NCBI GenBank assembly: GCA_038128265.1
Contig: JAYPJE010000007.1
Coordinates: forward strand, 1 to 64,000
Direction of reading: 5' to 3'
Length of the DNA stretch: 64,000 bases
From: Gemmatimonadota bacterium
GTDB lineage: Bacteria > Latescibacterota > UBA2968 > UBA8231
The notes under the pieces: model-generated
What the model was told of the DNA's origin: nothing
The model's database searches: none
The model's input: the letters and a program-made list of their open reading frames with translations, nothing else
Position numbers and translations under genes: made by a program
Shown here: piece after piece, positions 48,951 to 59,053 of the stretch
Layout: the number at the start of each line of letters is the position of its first letter
Numbering within the stretch: position 1 is the stretch's first letter

Positions 48951-50237
48951 TCACTGCCGCTCATCGAGTTGGGCGAGCCGCTGTCGTATTTGTTCGCGCA
49001 GGGGATGACCAGGCGCCGTGCGCTCGAGGCTTTTTTGCCACGCCTGGCGCGCGCCTTCCGCACGGCCCGCATTGAATTCGCTCAGGCCAAAGGCATACCA
49101 ACCGCGAGGGTCGTCGGGGGCTAGTTGCTGCACGCGCTCGTAGTACCCGCGTGCCTCTTGGCCGCGCGCAAGCAGTTCGAGTGCCACGGCGGCGTTGAGA
49201 AGCGTGGGAATGTGCTGGGGTTGGATGTGTAGGGCTGCTTTAAATAGGCGCAGGGCCGATAGGGGGCGTTCGTAGCGCAGCATGAGGCCGCCCATTCTTC
49301 TAAGCTGTTCGGCATCGGCTCCCGGCAGTTCGCTCGCCAAGTCAAATAGATTTTCCGCTTCGCTCATAAAGCCGTGGCGGGCGAAAAATGCGCCCATCCT
49401 CTCGTGGTGAGAGGGCGATTCCGGTGCGTTGAGTATGGAGGCGCGCAGTTTCTTCATTTGCTTTGGCACATCGGGGTCGCCGCCCCCAATGCTCTGTAGC
49501 TGTTGGAACTTGCGCAGGCTCTGTCGGGCAAGGTCCCCTCGACCTGCGCGCCGTGCCAGTTGGGCCAAACGGTAGAAGCTTTCGGCAAAGCCGCTATCTA
49601 ATTGAGTGGCTTGAACGAAAGCGGCTAAGGCGTCGCTATCGTTGCCCGACCCTTCGTAGGCGCGTCCTAAATAGTAGTGCAGCGTAGAGGCACGGGGGAA
49701 TAGGCGGATGGCTTCGCTGAAATGTACGGCGGCTTCGTCAAAACGCTCCGTGCCGAGGTATACTTCGCCAAGACGGCGATGCACTTCGGGTTGGTTGGGC
49801 GCGTGGACTAGCGCCTGTGCAAGGTAGCGCTCGGCCGATTCGTACTGGCCGAGTTTGGTATAGATACCGCCCAGGTTCAAATAGGTCAGAGCAAAATCGG
49901 GTCGCAGCGACCGTATGCGTTCCAATGCCTCAATGGCTAGGGCATAGCGCCCTTCCGAAGCGTGCGCGGTGGCCAAAATGTTGAGGAGATCGACCGAGGT
50001 AGAATCTACCGCCAATCCCGCCTGGCAGGCACTGACGGCTTCGACGTACTGCCCACGGGCCATATGCTCCTGCGCGCGCTGTAAGAAAGGGGTGGGCGAT
50101 TGGGGTTGGGTGGGTGGAATCGGCTCGATGTGTCCGTCCTGCTGGGGGCTGTCGCCGCAGGAAAACCAAGTCAGTGTTAGCAGTAAGAGAAGGGCCTGGC
50201 GAAAGCCCGTTAGCGCATATAGGAGCGGGATACGCAC
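48951..50237 (-). CDS. TPR protein, probable lipoprotein
   Basis: Hydrophobic stretch ending WFSC-GD, Pro-rich linker, many TPRs. Start uncertain. Confidence 0.75.
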   Translation of the reverse strand: MRIPLLYALTGFRQALLLLLTLTWFSCGDSPQQDGHIEPIPPTQPQSPTPFLQRAQEHMARGQYVEAVSACQAGLAVDSTSVDLLNILATAHASEGRYALAIEALERIRSLRPDFALTYLNLGGIYTKLGQYESAERYLAQALVHAPNQPEVHRRLGEVYLGTERFDEAAVHFSEAIRLFPRASTLHYYLGRAYEGSGNDSDALAAFVQATQLDSGFAESFYRLAQLARRAGRGDLARQSLRKFQQLQSIGGGDPDVPKQMKKLRASILNAPESPSHHERMGAFFARHGFMSEAENLFDLASELPGADAEQLRRMGGLMLRYERPLSALRLFKAALHIQPQHIPTLLNAAVALELLARGQEARGYYERVQQLAPDDPRGWYAFGLSEFNAGRAEGARQAWQKSLERTAPGHPLREQIRQRLAQLDERQ

Positions 50238-50397
50238 GGTGTCTTGAAGCACTTTCGTATGAGGTAAGAGAAGGAACGGATTGCTCATCGTCGAGAACGG
50301 GGTGCGAAGAAGGATACGATTTACTGAGCAATATAAACTATTTTCGGGGGTATATTGAACGGCGGGGGAAGAAAATGCGTGGAGGCATGATGCTCTC

Positions 50398-51651
50398 ATG
50401 AGCGCAAAACAGAAAAAAGAGGAGCAACGCCAACGCCAGCAGCGCCAGCGGCGCCTAGGGGCAGGTATGGCTTTGCTCGTGGCTATTGGCTTGGGCGCTG
50501 GCTATTGGGATTGGCAGCGTAAAGTCGACGGACGAGAAGCCGTTGAATCCCTGCGGCGGGGCGATGGATTGATGGCGCAGGGGTATGCGCTACAGGCCGT
50601 TTCGCTCTACGAACGGGCGGTAGAATTGGCGCCAGAACAAGCAGAGGGATGGGCCAAAGTTGCCTCGGCGCATGCCGCTGCTGAACGCTTTGCAGAAGCG
50701 GCACCGCTTTACGAACGGGCCCTGGAACTGGATCCGGCACATTTCGAGGCGCGCATCGGCCTGGCCATATGCCGAGAGCGGCTCGGAGATTTTCTCGCAG
50801 CCGAGACACATTACAAAGCGGCTATTGAGCTCCGACCGACATTTGCCGAGATCTACTACAACCTGGGCTACCTGTACCAGCAGCAGCGATTGTATCAGAA
50901 CGCAGCGCTGCAGTATGAGAAGGCACTAGAAATTAAGCCTAAATTTATCGGTGCATTGGCCAATCTGGGGTGGGTCTGGGACCGGCTACACGATCCGGGA
51001 AAGGCCGTTGAAATTTACCAGCGGGCGCTGAGTATAAAGCCCGATGAGGTGCCTATCTACGTCCGGCTCGGCGCCAGCTATATGAGCATGAGCCAGTACG
51101 AGGACGCGAGATCGGCCTATGAGCGGGCGATGAGTTTGGGCGACGAGCGCCCGTCCGTTCTGCACGATTTGGGCATAATAAGCGAGCATGAGGGGGCACT
51201 TGAGGCGGCGCGTGGCTATTTCCGACGGGCACTGCAGCTGCAGCCGCGCGCAAGCGAAACGCATTTTCATCTGGCTGGTGTAATGGATCGGTTGGGGGAT
51301 CGGGTGGGTGCCGAGGTGCATTTCCGCCGGGCAATTTCACTAGATCCGGACGATGCCGGTGCCCACTATGGGTTGGCGCAGATGCTTTTTGCTGAAGGGC
51401 GCGGCGAAGAGGGCCAGGCGTTGTTAAAAATTTTTGCTCAGCTCAAGGAGTATCAGGGCCGCCTAGTGCCGTTGAAGCGAGCGGTAGAACAGGCCCCGCG
51501 CGACGCGCAGGCCGCATACGATTTAGCCCAGCTGCACGTGGAATACGGGCGCGTGGAAAAAGGGGCTGCCATTCTGCGGCGCATTCTCGAGCTAAATCCC
51601 GACTTTGCCGAGGCACAAAAACGCCTCGATGAGCTCGAAGAGCGGATGTAG
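50398..51651 (+). CDS. Membrane-anchored TPR protein
   Basis: Basic Q/R-rich N-terminus, one TM, then about ten canonical TPRs. Confidence 0.85.
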   Translation: MSAKQKKEEQRQRQQRQRRLGAGMALLVAIGLGAGYWDWQRKVDGREAVESLRRGDGLMAQGYALQAVSLYERAVELAPEQAEGWAKVASAHAAAERFAEAAPLYERALELDPAHFEARIGLAICRERLGDFLAAETHYKAAIELRPTFAEIYYNLGYLYQQQRLYQNAALQYEKALEIKPKFIGALANLGWVWDRLHDPGKAVEIYQRALSIKPDEVPIYVRLGASYMSMSQYEDARSAYERAMSLGDERPSVLHDLGIISEHEGALEAARGYFRRALQLQPRASETHFHLAGVMDRLGDRVGAEVHFRRAISLDPDDAGAHYGLAQMLFAEGRGEEGQALLKIFAQLKEYQGRLVPLKRAVEQAPRDAQAAYDLAQLHVEYGRVEKGAAILRRILELNPDFAEAQKRLDELEERM

Positions 51652-51661
51652 GAAATCGGCC

Positions 51662-53389
51662 CTAAGGCTGGAGCGCGTAGGGGTTAGAGCGCAGGTCCAC
51701 GGCCCTGTGGGATCCGTTCTGATAGACGACTAAGAGTTTGTTGGCCGGCACGTCCTGCAGGCGCTGGGTCGATCCGTCGGGCCAGGTGATGTCGACTGCG
51801 TCAACGCGCTCGGACTGGCCAAGGCCAAACTGCGCGCGCAGGTCGCTGTGTGACAGATAGCTTCCGGCGCCATTAATGCGCCGGCGCTGGCGGCGATCCC
51901 CGCTGGTAATCTCTATCAGAGCACCAACCCCGTCGCGGCTGCCGGCTTGGCCGACTAGCTGCACGTACAGCCAGTGTTGTCCATTCCCACCCTCGTTGCG
52001 CATTAGCACGGCGCGATCATTCAAGTTGACAACTAGAATATCGAAATCGCCGTCGTTGTCATAGTCGCCAAAGGCGGCGCCTCTACTGACCTGTTCGAGC
52101 GCGAGGGCGTGTGCGGCTCCTTCCTGCTCAAAGCGCCCATTGCCCCGATTGGCAAAGAGCTGGTTGGGCTGTTTGTACGGCGATCCCGTATCAATCCGTT
52201 CGACCTGTGGGTATACGTGGCCGTTGGCAACAAATACGTCCAACAGTCCGTCGTTGTCGAAATCAACAAAGCGCGTGCCCCAGCCCATCAGGTCGATGGT
52301 GGGTCCGGCTAGTCCAGCCGTGGTCGTTACGTCGGTAAAGCGCCGACCGTCTTCATTGCGGTACAGCGTGTTGGTTTCGCTAAAAAAGTGGGTGACGTAT
52401 ACGTCGGGATCGCCGTCGTTGTCGTAATCGGCAAAGTCCACGCCCATGCCCGCCTCGGTATCGCCGTCGGCATTGTAGGCAACACCGGCCATTAACGCGA
52501 CGTCTTCAAAGGTGCCGTCGCCCCGATTGTGAAAAAGGACATTGGGCGTTTCGTCGTTGGCGATAAATAGGTCCATATGCCCGTCGCCGTTGTAGTCTTC
52601 AGGCACGACGCCGAGGCCGTAATAGCGGTTGGCGCGACCGACGCCAGATTGCTCGGTGACGTCGGTAAAGGACCCGTCGCCCTCGTTGCGGTAGAGCACG
52701 TCGGGAGCACCGACCAATCCCTTGGGGCCGCAGTAGACCTGCAGGCCTCCGTAAAAGGTGCACAGCTTGGGATTAGCCGGGCGATTTTCGGCGTCAAAAA
52801 CAACGTAATTGGTAACGTAGAGATCGAGATCGCCGTCGTTATCGTAGTCGAAAAAAGCCGAACTAGCGCTAAAACTGTTTCCAGCGGTGCCGGCTGCCTG
52901 AGTTTGGTCGACAAAGGTCCCAGCCCCCGTATTGAGGTAGAGAATATTGGCACCAAAGTTGGTAACGTAGAGATCGCGATAGCCATCGTTGTCGACGTCG
53001 CCGACGGCAATGCCCGTGCCCCAGCCGGCGTGGTCTGCACCAGAAGCGGCGCTGTGGTCGGCGTAATGCCCATCGCCGTCGTTGATGTAAAACTGGTTAC
53101 CCGGCCCCGACTGGTCTTTGTAGGTGGAAAAGGTCGCCCCGTTGGGCAGGTATAAATCCAGGTCGCCGTCATTATCCGCGTCAAAAAAAGCGGCGCCGTT
53201 ACCGTGGGCTTCCAGGACAAACTGCTTGTCGGAGCCGCCGCAGACATTCTCGTAATTAAGGCCGGCTGCCTGCGTTTGGTCGCTAAAATGGATCTGCGCT
53301 GACAGCGTGAGAGGGGCAAAAGAGATCCACAGTCCGGCAATAAGGCACTTGGTCAAATTCAACTCCCGGCGAGTGAGAAAACGCGGCAT
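51662..53389 (-). CDS. CRTAC1-family FG-GAP/ASPIC-UnbV protein
   Basis: DYDNDGD repeats, YCGP, AGMGVD, NGHVYP, C-terminal SYLS...QFGLG...WPDG. Confidence 0.9.
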   Translation of the reverse strand: MPRFLTRRELNLTKCLIAGLWISFAPLTLSAQIHFSDQTQAAGLNYENVCGGSDKQFVLEAHGNGAAFFDADNDGDLDLYLPNGATFSTYKDQSGPGNQFYINDGDGHYADHSAASGADHAGWGTGIAVGDVDNDGYRDLYVTNFGANILYLNTGAGTFVDQTQAAGTAGNSFSASSAFFDYDNDGDLDLYVTNYVVFDAENRPANPKLCTFYGGLQVYCGPKGLVGAPDVLYRNEGDGSFTDVTEQSGVGRANRYYGLGVVPEDYNGDGHMDLFIANDETPNVLFHNRGDGTFEDVALMAGVAYNADGDTEAGMGVDFADYDNDGDPDVYVTHFFSETNTLYRNEDGRRFTDVTTTAGLAGPTIDLMGWGTRFVDFDNDGLLDVFVANGHVYPQVERIDTGSPYKQPNQLFANRGNGRFEQEGAAHALALEQVSRGAAFGDYDNDGDFDILVVNLNDRAVLMRNEGGNGQHWLYVQLVGQAGSRDGVGALIEITSGDRRQRRRINGAGSYLSHSDLRAQFGLGQSERVDAVDITWPDGSTQRLQDVPANKLLVVYQNGSHRAVDLRSNPYALQP

Positions 53390-53393
53390 AGGT

Positions 53394-55685
53394 TTATTCG
53401 GCTTCGGAGAAGCGCACTATGTGATCCGTCTGAAGTGGGCCGTGCCGTTCGCTCCGTCCAGACGGCCAGAAGATATGCAGGCTGTCGATGGCCTGCTGTG
53501 CTCCCAGGCCAAATTCGAGGGCAAAGCTGCTGGTCGAACCGAAGCCCCCACCGCTCTGGACTTCGCCGCGAAGGGCCTGCCCGTTGCCAAAGGCGACGGC
53601 TTGGGCGCCGATGGCCGAGGTATTGGGGGGCCGTCCTTGGAGGTGGACGCTCAGCCACCGGTTTGGAGTTCCCTCGTTGCGGTAGAGGCTGTTGGGCCAC
53701 AGATCGCCCGGGTAGTGGCCGCCGAGCCCCACGTAGAGGTCGACATCGCCGTCGGCGTCGTAGTCGGCAAAAGCGACGCCGTGGCCCTTTCCCTGGTTGG
53801 CGACACCGGCATCGCTGGCAACGTCCACATAGCCGTCTTGGCGTGCGATAAACAGCGCGTTGGGTTCGAAACGCGCCATAATGGGGCCGCCGTTGGCAAG
53901 GTAGATATCGATTTGTCCATCGCCGTCTAAATCGCTATAGCCGGCCCCCATGGAGCCAAATGCACGCGCTAGCCCGGCGTCCGTTGCCCGTTCGGTAAAT
54001 CGATCCTTGCCGTCGTTGCGATAGAGGTGGGCGCGGCTGCGATAAACGCCCGCTGCGCTGGTAGCCGAGGCTACAAAGTCCTCGTAGTAGGCCATCGCAG
54101 AAACAAAAATATCCAAATCGCCGTCGCCGTCGCTGTCAAAAAAGAGGGGGACGTAGCTGCCGTTGACTGGCGCGCCTACCCCGGCCCTTTCTGCAATATC
54201 GGAAAAGCGACCGCCGTCGTTGCGGTAGAGGCGATTGGCACCGGCCACATTGGCCACGTAGAGGTCGAGATCGCCATCGTTGTCGTAGTCGCCAAAGGCT
54301 ACGCCAAGAGATTTACCGGCATCGTCTACGCCAAAGGATGCCGCGCGCTCGCGAAACCGGCCGCCGCCGCTGTTTATGTAGAGTTTGTTGGGCGCTCCGC
54401 TGCCGGTTACGCCGTCGGCTACGTAGAGGTCGAGCCAGCCGTCGCCGTCGACGTCGCCCCAGGCGGCGGTGAAGCTATCGTCTCCATCTTCAGTGCCCGC
54501 TGCCGCGGCAATGTCGGTAAAGCGCGCCTGGCCGTCGTTTTGGTAGAGGGAGTTTACAGCGGCCCCTTCCCACGCGTCGCGCGTGACGTAGAGGTCGCTG
54601 TCGCCGTCGCCATCAAAATCGGCGGCAATAGCCGCCCAGCCGCCTATGTGGTCGTCTAATGCTGAGCGCTCCGCAGTGGGAACAAAGCGGTCGCCATCGC
54701 GCATAAACAGCCCGTGCGGGGTGGAAATGCCAACGGTAAACAGATCGAGGTCGTCATCGCCGTCAAAGTCGGCCCAGGCCACGCCGCGCCCCCGGTCGGT
54801 TTTATCCACCCCGTTTTCTCGGGCTACGTCGGTAAAGTGAACCGGGGACTTCTGCTGGCCGTGCGCCGGGGAGATAACGTGAGCTGGCGCCAGGTCACCC
54901 GGGTAGGAACCGTGCGCGGCTAAGTAGGCCAGGCGCAGATTCCAGAGGCGCACCGGCCGCTGTGGGGAGGCTGGTGGCAGCACGTCTATGGCGCGCTTAT
55001 AGGCCTCGATGGCACCGATATAATCGCGCTGCCAGTGCCGGGTGGTCGCCAGCAAAAAGGGAAGGTGCAGGTCGTCGGGGTCCTTTTGCAGCAGCTCCTC
55101 AAAATCGCGTTCGGCGCGTTCGAACTGTCCCAACCGCAGGCGCGAAGCAGCGGCCCCGGCCTTGGCCTTGACCATATCGGGGTCGACTTTCAGAATGGCC
55201 TCGTACTGCTCGAGCGCGCCCTTTGGTCGGGGGGGGGCATCCGTCATTAGCACATCGGCGTAGGCCATGCAGGCCGGTGTAAAAGTGGGGAAGCGCTCGA
55301 CGATCAGTTTGAGCAGCCTGCGGGCCTCGTCGTCGCGTCGCATCATGCGGTAGACTTGCGCCAATTGATAGGGCGCGTCTACGCGCAGCGTGTCCACGCG
55401 AATGGCCCGCTGCAGAAAGGGAATGGCTTGGTCTAGCTGGCGCTTGCGCATACTGATCTCAGCAAGGCCGAGCAGCGCCGTATATTCGCTCGAGTCGCGG
55501 CGGACGATTTCGGCAAAGAGCGCGCGCGCCGAATCGAGCTGTGAGCGTGCTACGAGCTGCATGGCGCGATCATACAGGGCGGGAATGGGCTCTTTTGTAG
55601 GGGAAGCTGGTTCGGGCGTACTACAGCTCATACTCGCTGCGGCTGCCATAAAGAGGAGCAGAGCTATTGGCATGCGGGCGGTCAT
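53394..55685 (-). CDS. TPR plus FG-GAP plus ASPIC/UnbV fusion protein, probable lipoprotein
   Basis: Signal peptide ending SMSC, N-terminal TPRs, DxDGDGDxD repeats, ASPIC-like C-terminus. Confidence 0.85.
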   Translation of the reverse strand: MTARMPIALLLFMAAAASMSCSTPEPASPTKEPIPALYDRAMQLVARSQLDSARALFAEIVRRDSSEYTALLGLAEISMRKRQLDQAIPFLQRAIRVDTLRVDAPYQLAQVYRMMRRDDEARRLLKLIVERFPTFTPACMAYADVLMTDAPPRPKGALEQYEAILKVDPDMVKAKAGAAASRLRLGQFERAERDFEELLQKDPDDLHLPFLLATTRHWQRDYIGAIEAYKRAIDVLPPASPQRPVRLWNLRLAYLAAHGSYPGDLAPAHVISPAHGQQKSPVHFTDVARENGVDKTDRGRGVAWADFDGDDDLDLFTVGISTPHGLFMRDGDRFVPTAERSALDDHIGGWAAIAADFDGDGDSDLYVTRDAWEGAAVNSLYQNDGQARFTDIAAAAGTEDGDDSFTAAWGDVDGDGWLDLYVADGVTGSGAPNKLYINSGGGRFRERAASFGVDDAGKSLGVAFGDYDNDGDLDLYVANVAGANRLYRNDGGRFSDIAERAGVGAPVNGSYVPLFFDSDGDGDLDIFVSAMAYYEDFVASATSAAGVYRSRAHLYRNDGKDRFTERATDAGLARAFGSMGAGYSDLDGDGQIDIYLANGGPIMARFEPNALFIARQDGYVDVASDAGVANQGKGHGVAFADYDADGDVDLYVGLGGHYPGDLWPNSLYRNEGTPNRWLSVHLQGRPPNTSAIGAQAVAFGNGQALRGEVQSGGGFGSTSSFALEFGLGAQQAIDSLHIFWPSGRSERHGPLQTDHIVRFSEAE

Positions 55686-56500
55686 TCGACTACGTAGTCG
55701 ATGCCTGTGAGTTCCTGCAGCGCTTTGCGGGCGGCAACGGCGTCGGGGCCTTCGCGCTGCTTGAGTAAAGCTAACAGCAGGTCTGCCGAAGCCGTATCTG
55801 CGTGCGCCGCTAGTCCCCGCACGGCTTCCAAGCGAACCCATTCACTTGGATCGCGAAGGGCCGTTCGCAGCAGGGGAATCGCACCATTGAGGGGGCGAAT
55901 AGCCGCTATTTGCGTGGCGATATAGCGGACACTCTCATCGGGATCGCGCATGGAACGCAACACCGCGGGGGCGGCGCTCTGCGTCCAAATTTTGTTGATG
56001 GCAGCCAGGGCACTCTGTCGCACGGCTGCTGCACTGTCGTCGAGGGCTCGCTGAAGGACGAGCGTAGCGGATGTGTCGCGAAAGCCGGGCAGCGCTTCGG
56101 CTGCCGCCGCGCGCAGGTCGGCGTGCGGCGAAGAGAGTAGGAACTGGCGCACCGTATCGATCAGGGTTGGCAGGTGGATTTTCGATAGGGATAGGATTGC
56201 TTCTTTGGCAATGTGCGTATTGCTGCTATGGGCCAGGGCACGCAGTGTGTTTTCGGCGCGGGGAGAGCCAATGCGGCCGAGCACCTGTGCGCCTATGTAG
56301 CGCAGCGTGTCGGATCCGCTCGCCATAGCGGCGATAAGTGGTTCAACGGCCGTATTACCTTGGTCTACGAGGCGGTAGGCGGCTTTGCGTCGCACTCCTG
56401 AAGAAGGATCGGCTAAGTCGCCTATGAGCTGGTCTGTGCGATGTTGCTCACAGCCTAAACAGAACAGAAGAGCAAGGGGTATGAGTCGATGGAAAGGCAT
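55682..56500 (-). CDS. HEAT-repeat lipoprotein
   Basis: Lipobox CLGC, repeated LxD...VRxxAxxAL units. Confidence 0.85.
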   Translation of the reverse strand: MPFHRLIPLALLFCLGCEQHRTDQLIGDLADPSSGVRRKAAYRLVDQGNTAVEPLIAAMASGSDTLRYIGAQVLGRIGSPRAENTLRALAHSSNTHIAKEAILSLSKIHLPTLIDTVRQFLLSSPHADLRAAAAEALPGFRDTSATLVLQRALDDSAAAVRQSALAAINKIWTQSAAPAVLRSMRDPDESVRYIATQIAAIRPLNGAIPLLRTALRDPSEWVRLEAVRGLAAHADTASADLLLALLKQREGPDAVAARKALQELTGIDYVVE

Positions 56501-56596
56501 GGCGGGAACTGACGGGAATACGCCGTTTCGAGAGGCATGTTCCTCCCGAAACAGCGCGTAGAATTAGGTGATGTGAATATAGATCGCAGTGCGTTC

Positions 56597-57778
56597 TCAG
56601 TTGACCATCTGCATGAGGCGCTGCGTCATAGAGCCTTCTTGAGTAAGGGCATAGACTATTACGTTGATGGCCATTTGCATTTGGCGCAGCTTGTCCTGCC
56701 CTTCAACAGACTCCGTGTATCCTAGGCCGAGGCTAAAATCAATTCCCACGAGGCGGCCCTTAATAAAGTGGCCGGTCGTATATTGCCAGGCGTTCTGGTT
56801 TTTGTTCGAACTGGTTCCGCGCGTCGAGGTAGGCGCGCCTCCTTTAAAGTCAAAGTAGGCGCTGAATACGGGGTGGTCGTCCGGAAGGCGCTCAGACCAA
56901 AAATCGCGCCCTTCCACCAGGCCACCGTACTTTTCCAGCCCCTCCTTTACGAAACCAATGCCGCCAAAAATAAAGCCGCCGTTCAGCAAGTAGCGAGTCA
57001 TCTGCTCCAACTCGCTCTCGTTGGGAGCGCCGGCGGGCAAGATAATGGGTATTTCCAACAGGCGATCGTCGTCGTAGGTAATACTGCCGATAAAATCGGC
57101 GTTAATACCGGTGTACTCATTCAGGCCGTTGACCAAAAAGCGCAGGTTGTTTGTCGATCCAGTCGCCGTTCCCGAGGCCAGGGCGGCGGCAGATATTACG
57201 CGGGCAAAATTGATAAAGCCTTTGATAGCCTGTGGATCGCCTTGCTCTTGCACCAGCATAGCGCGGTAGCGACCGGTGTCCATGCTGTTGACGTCGAGCA
57301 TTTCAAGCGCCATGTCGATTTTGTTGTCTGGCTGGCGCGAGCCCGTGATATCTACCGCGGTCATGGAAGGCTCCAATGCAACGGAGCCCAAGTCCACGGA
57401 ACGGGCGACCATCATCGAGGGGCTCGCGGTCATATTGAGTGCGGAAATGGTGCTAAAACTGGCCGTGGCCTTCACCTGGTCCATGCGCGCACGCGTTGCT
57501 ACGGTCTGGCGCTGTATCATTTGCCGTTTGGGCTTGGGGATCTTGCGCAGTTCGAGCGGCTTGGTTAGCCGCGGCTCGCGCTTGATGAACTTGGTCGTCA
57601 GGGGACGCGGTGCCGTCTCCACTGTTTCTTCCAGTGGATCTATAATGGCCGCAGAGAGATGGATTAGCACGGCGAGTATCAGCGATATGAGGAGATACTT
57701 GTGGAGCTCTTTGAGAAGAATCTCAGGATGGAACGATCGGGCGGGTGAAACAAAGCGCCGCGCAATACCTGAACTCAT
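56597..57778 (-). CDS. DUF4159-like protein with TonB-like N-terminal anchor
   Basis: TM SLILAVLIHL, K/P/R-rich linker, then YLLNGGFI, LPDDHPVFSAYFDF and INVIVYALT. Confidence 0.7.
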   Translation of the reverse strand: MSSGIARRFVSPARSFHPEILLKELHKYLLISLILAVLIHLSAAIIDPLEETVETAPRPLTTKFIKREPRLTKPLELRKIPKPKRQMIQRQTVATRARMDQVKATASFSTISALNMTASPSMMVARSVDLGSVALEPSMTAVDITGSRQPDNKIDMALEMLDVNSMDTGRYRAMLVQEQGDPQAIKGFINFARVISAAALASGTATGSTNNLRFLVNGLNEYTGINADFIGSITYDDDRLLEIPIILPAGAPNESELEQMTRYLLNGGFIFGGIGFVKEGLEKYGGLVEGRDFWSERLPDDHPVFSAYFDFKGGAPTSTRGTSSNKNQNAWQYTTGHFIKGRLVGIDFSLGLGYTESVEGQDKLRQMQMAINVIVYALTQEGSMTQRLMQMVN

Positions 57779-58833
57779 TGTAAATCCCTTTTCTCGTAGT
57801 GAACGGGCCGCTGCTTTGAATAGACGAGATCGCCGATGCCCAGTGTTTGACCGCGCTCGCGCACGACGCGCTCCAATTTGTGGAGCCGCACGGTCGCCGA
57901 GGTCGCAGCGACGGCCACCACTTTTACTCGGCCTAGCTTTACTTGCCTATTTTCTCGCTGATACACATCGAGTTGTATACCCTCAATAATGCCATGAATG
58001 GCGCCTCTGTCAATGCGGTACTGTGGACGGTCGCCCGTAGTGGCCGCAATGACGGTGGAGATGGTGCCCCACAAGGGTAGGTGTGCGTCGATTTGTGGCA
58101 GCAGGTCGCGCATCATGGAGTCGATGAGACGGCCCCCAACTGCCGCATCGTTTTCAAGGGGGGACAAATACCAACGGTCCGCTGAATTGAGCATGCGTAA
58201 GGCTGCTGGGTTCTTAAATCGCTGCCGCAATATGGGTGCGACGTAATCGCGGATAACCTCCGGATGCGTATAGCCCGGATATTTGTCAGGGTTGTAGATG
58301 AATTTACTGTCGTGTTGCAGCATAATGGTGCTATCCTGTAATGCGGACCACACAATTTTATTGCGTTGGGCTTCTATGAGCCGCACTTCAATTGCCGCAC
58401 TCAGCGCGGGAAGGGCGGCCACCTCTCTGGGCTGCGCGTCTGCCGAACTGGAAAGCGTAGCCGCACTCGGTTCTGCGTAGTACAGCGTGCGGTTGCGATA
58501 CAGCCTGTCGACGCGTCGCAGCACAAAGTGCAAAACAAAGTCGATGCCTTCCTCTGGCTCAAATACGCTGCGGCCACGCGCGTCTAACCGCGCTTCTCGT
58601 GAGACGAGCCGGCAGCGAGGAATGGCTTGAAATCCCAGCATCGCCGCTTTCTGTGCACGAAAACGGGCCGATCCGTACAGTGCTTCTAAATGATCCCACT
58701 GCCTGTCGGTATCGCTATCGTCGCTGATTGCGATTGCAATATTGAGTTGGGGAGCGGCCCGAAGACCAGTAGGAGCGATGACTAATACAACGACAATCCA
58801 CACGCTCCACCGCATGACCTGCTCTACTTTCAT
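57775..58833 (-). CDS. Secreted protein with CsgG/FlgT-like features
   Basis: Signal peptide, EVRLIEAQRNKIVWS strand pattern, C-terminal IDRGxxxGI...GRVKV...IGDLV resembling FlgT_C. Confidence 0.55.
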   Translation of the reverse strand: MKVEQVMRWSVWIVVVLVIAPTGLRAAPQLNIAIAISDDSDTDRQWDHLEALYGSARFRAQKAAMLGFQAIPRCRLVSREARLDARGRSVFEPEEGIDFVLHFVLRRVDRLYRNRTLYYAEPSAATLSSSADAQPREVAALPALSAAIEVRLIEAQRNKIVWSALQDSTIMLQHDSKFIYNPDKYPGYTHPEVIRDYVAPILRQRFKNPAALRMLNSADRWYLSPLENDAAVGGRLIDSMMRDLLPQIDAHLPLWGTISTVIAATTGDRPQYRIDRGAIHGIIEGIQLDVYQRENRQVKLGRVKVVAVAATSATVRLHKLERVVRERGQTLGIGDLVYSKQRPVHYEKRDLQ

Positions 58834-59024
58834 GTCCTGTCCAATGTAGCGACGAATTTTTTTAAGTATACGTCTCCCTCTACGTCATTTCAATAAGATT
58901 TTTCTCATATGGTGGCCCTCATTGGCTTGGGCAAGGAGAAGGCCCCGCGTGCCGGTGGCGTTGGGACGGGCAACGCGGGGCAGCACTTGTTAAGAATTTT
59001 TTTCTGAGAGGGTGTCTAATGACC

Positions 59025-59053
59025 TTGACTTAGATTGCTCTGCCAATTATCTT
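59025..59053 (+). promoter_or_regulatory. Sigma-70-type promoter
   Basis: TTGACT-17 bp-TATCTT upstream of the 59152 gene. Confidence 0.55.

Noticed and set aside
50420..50456. Short CAG/CGC-rich repeat at the start of the TPR gene as a phase-variable tract
   Set aside because: Imperfect and in frame. It simply encodes a Q/R-rich cytoplasmic leader.
47480..54800. Recurrent gacggcgat/gacaacgac DNA repeats as a CRISPR or repeat array
   Set aside because: They encode DxDxDG FG-GAP loops, with irregular spacing and degenerate sequence.
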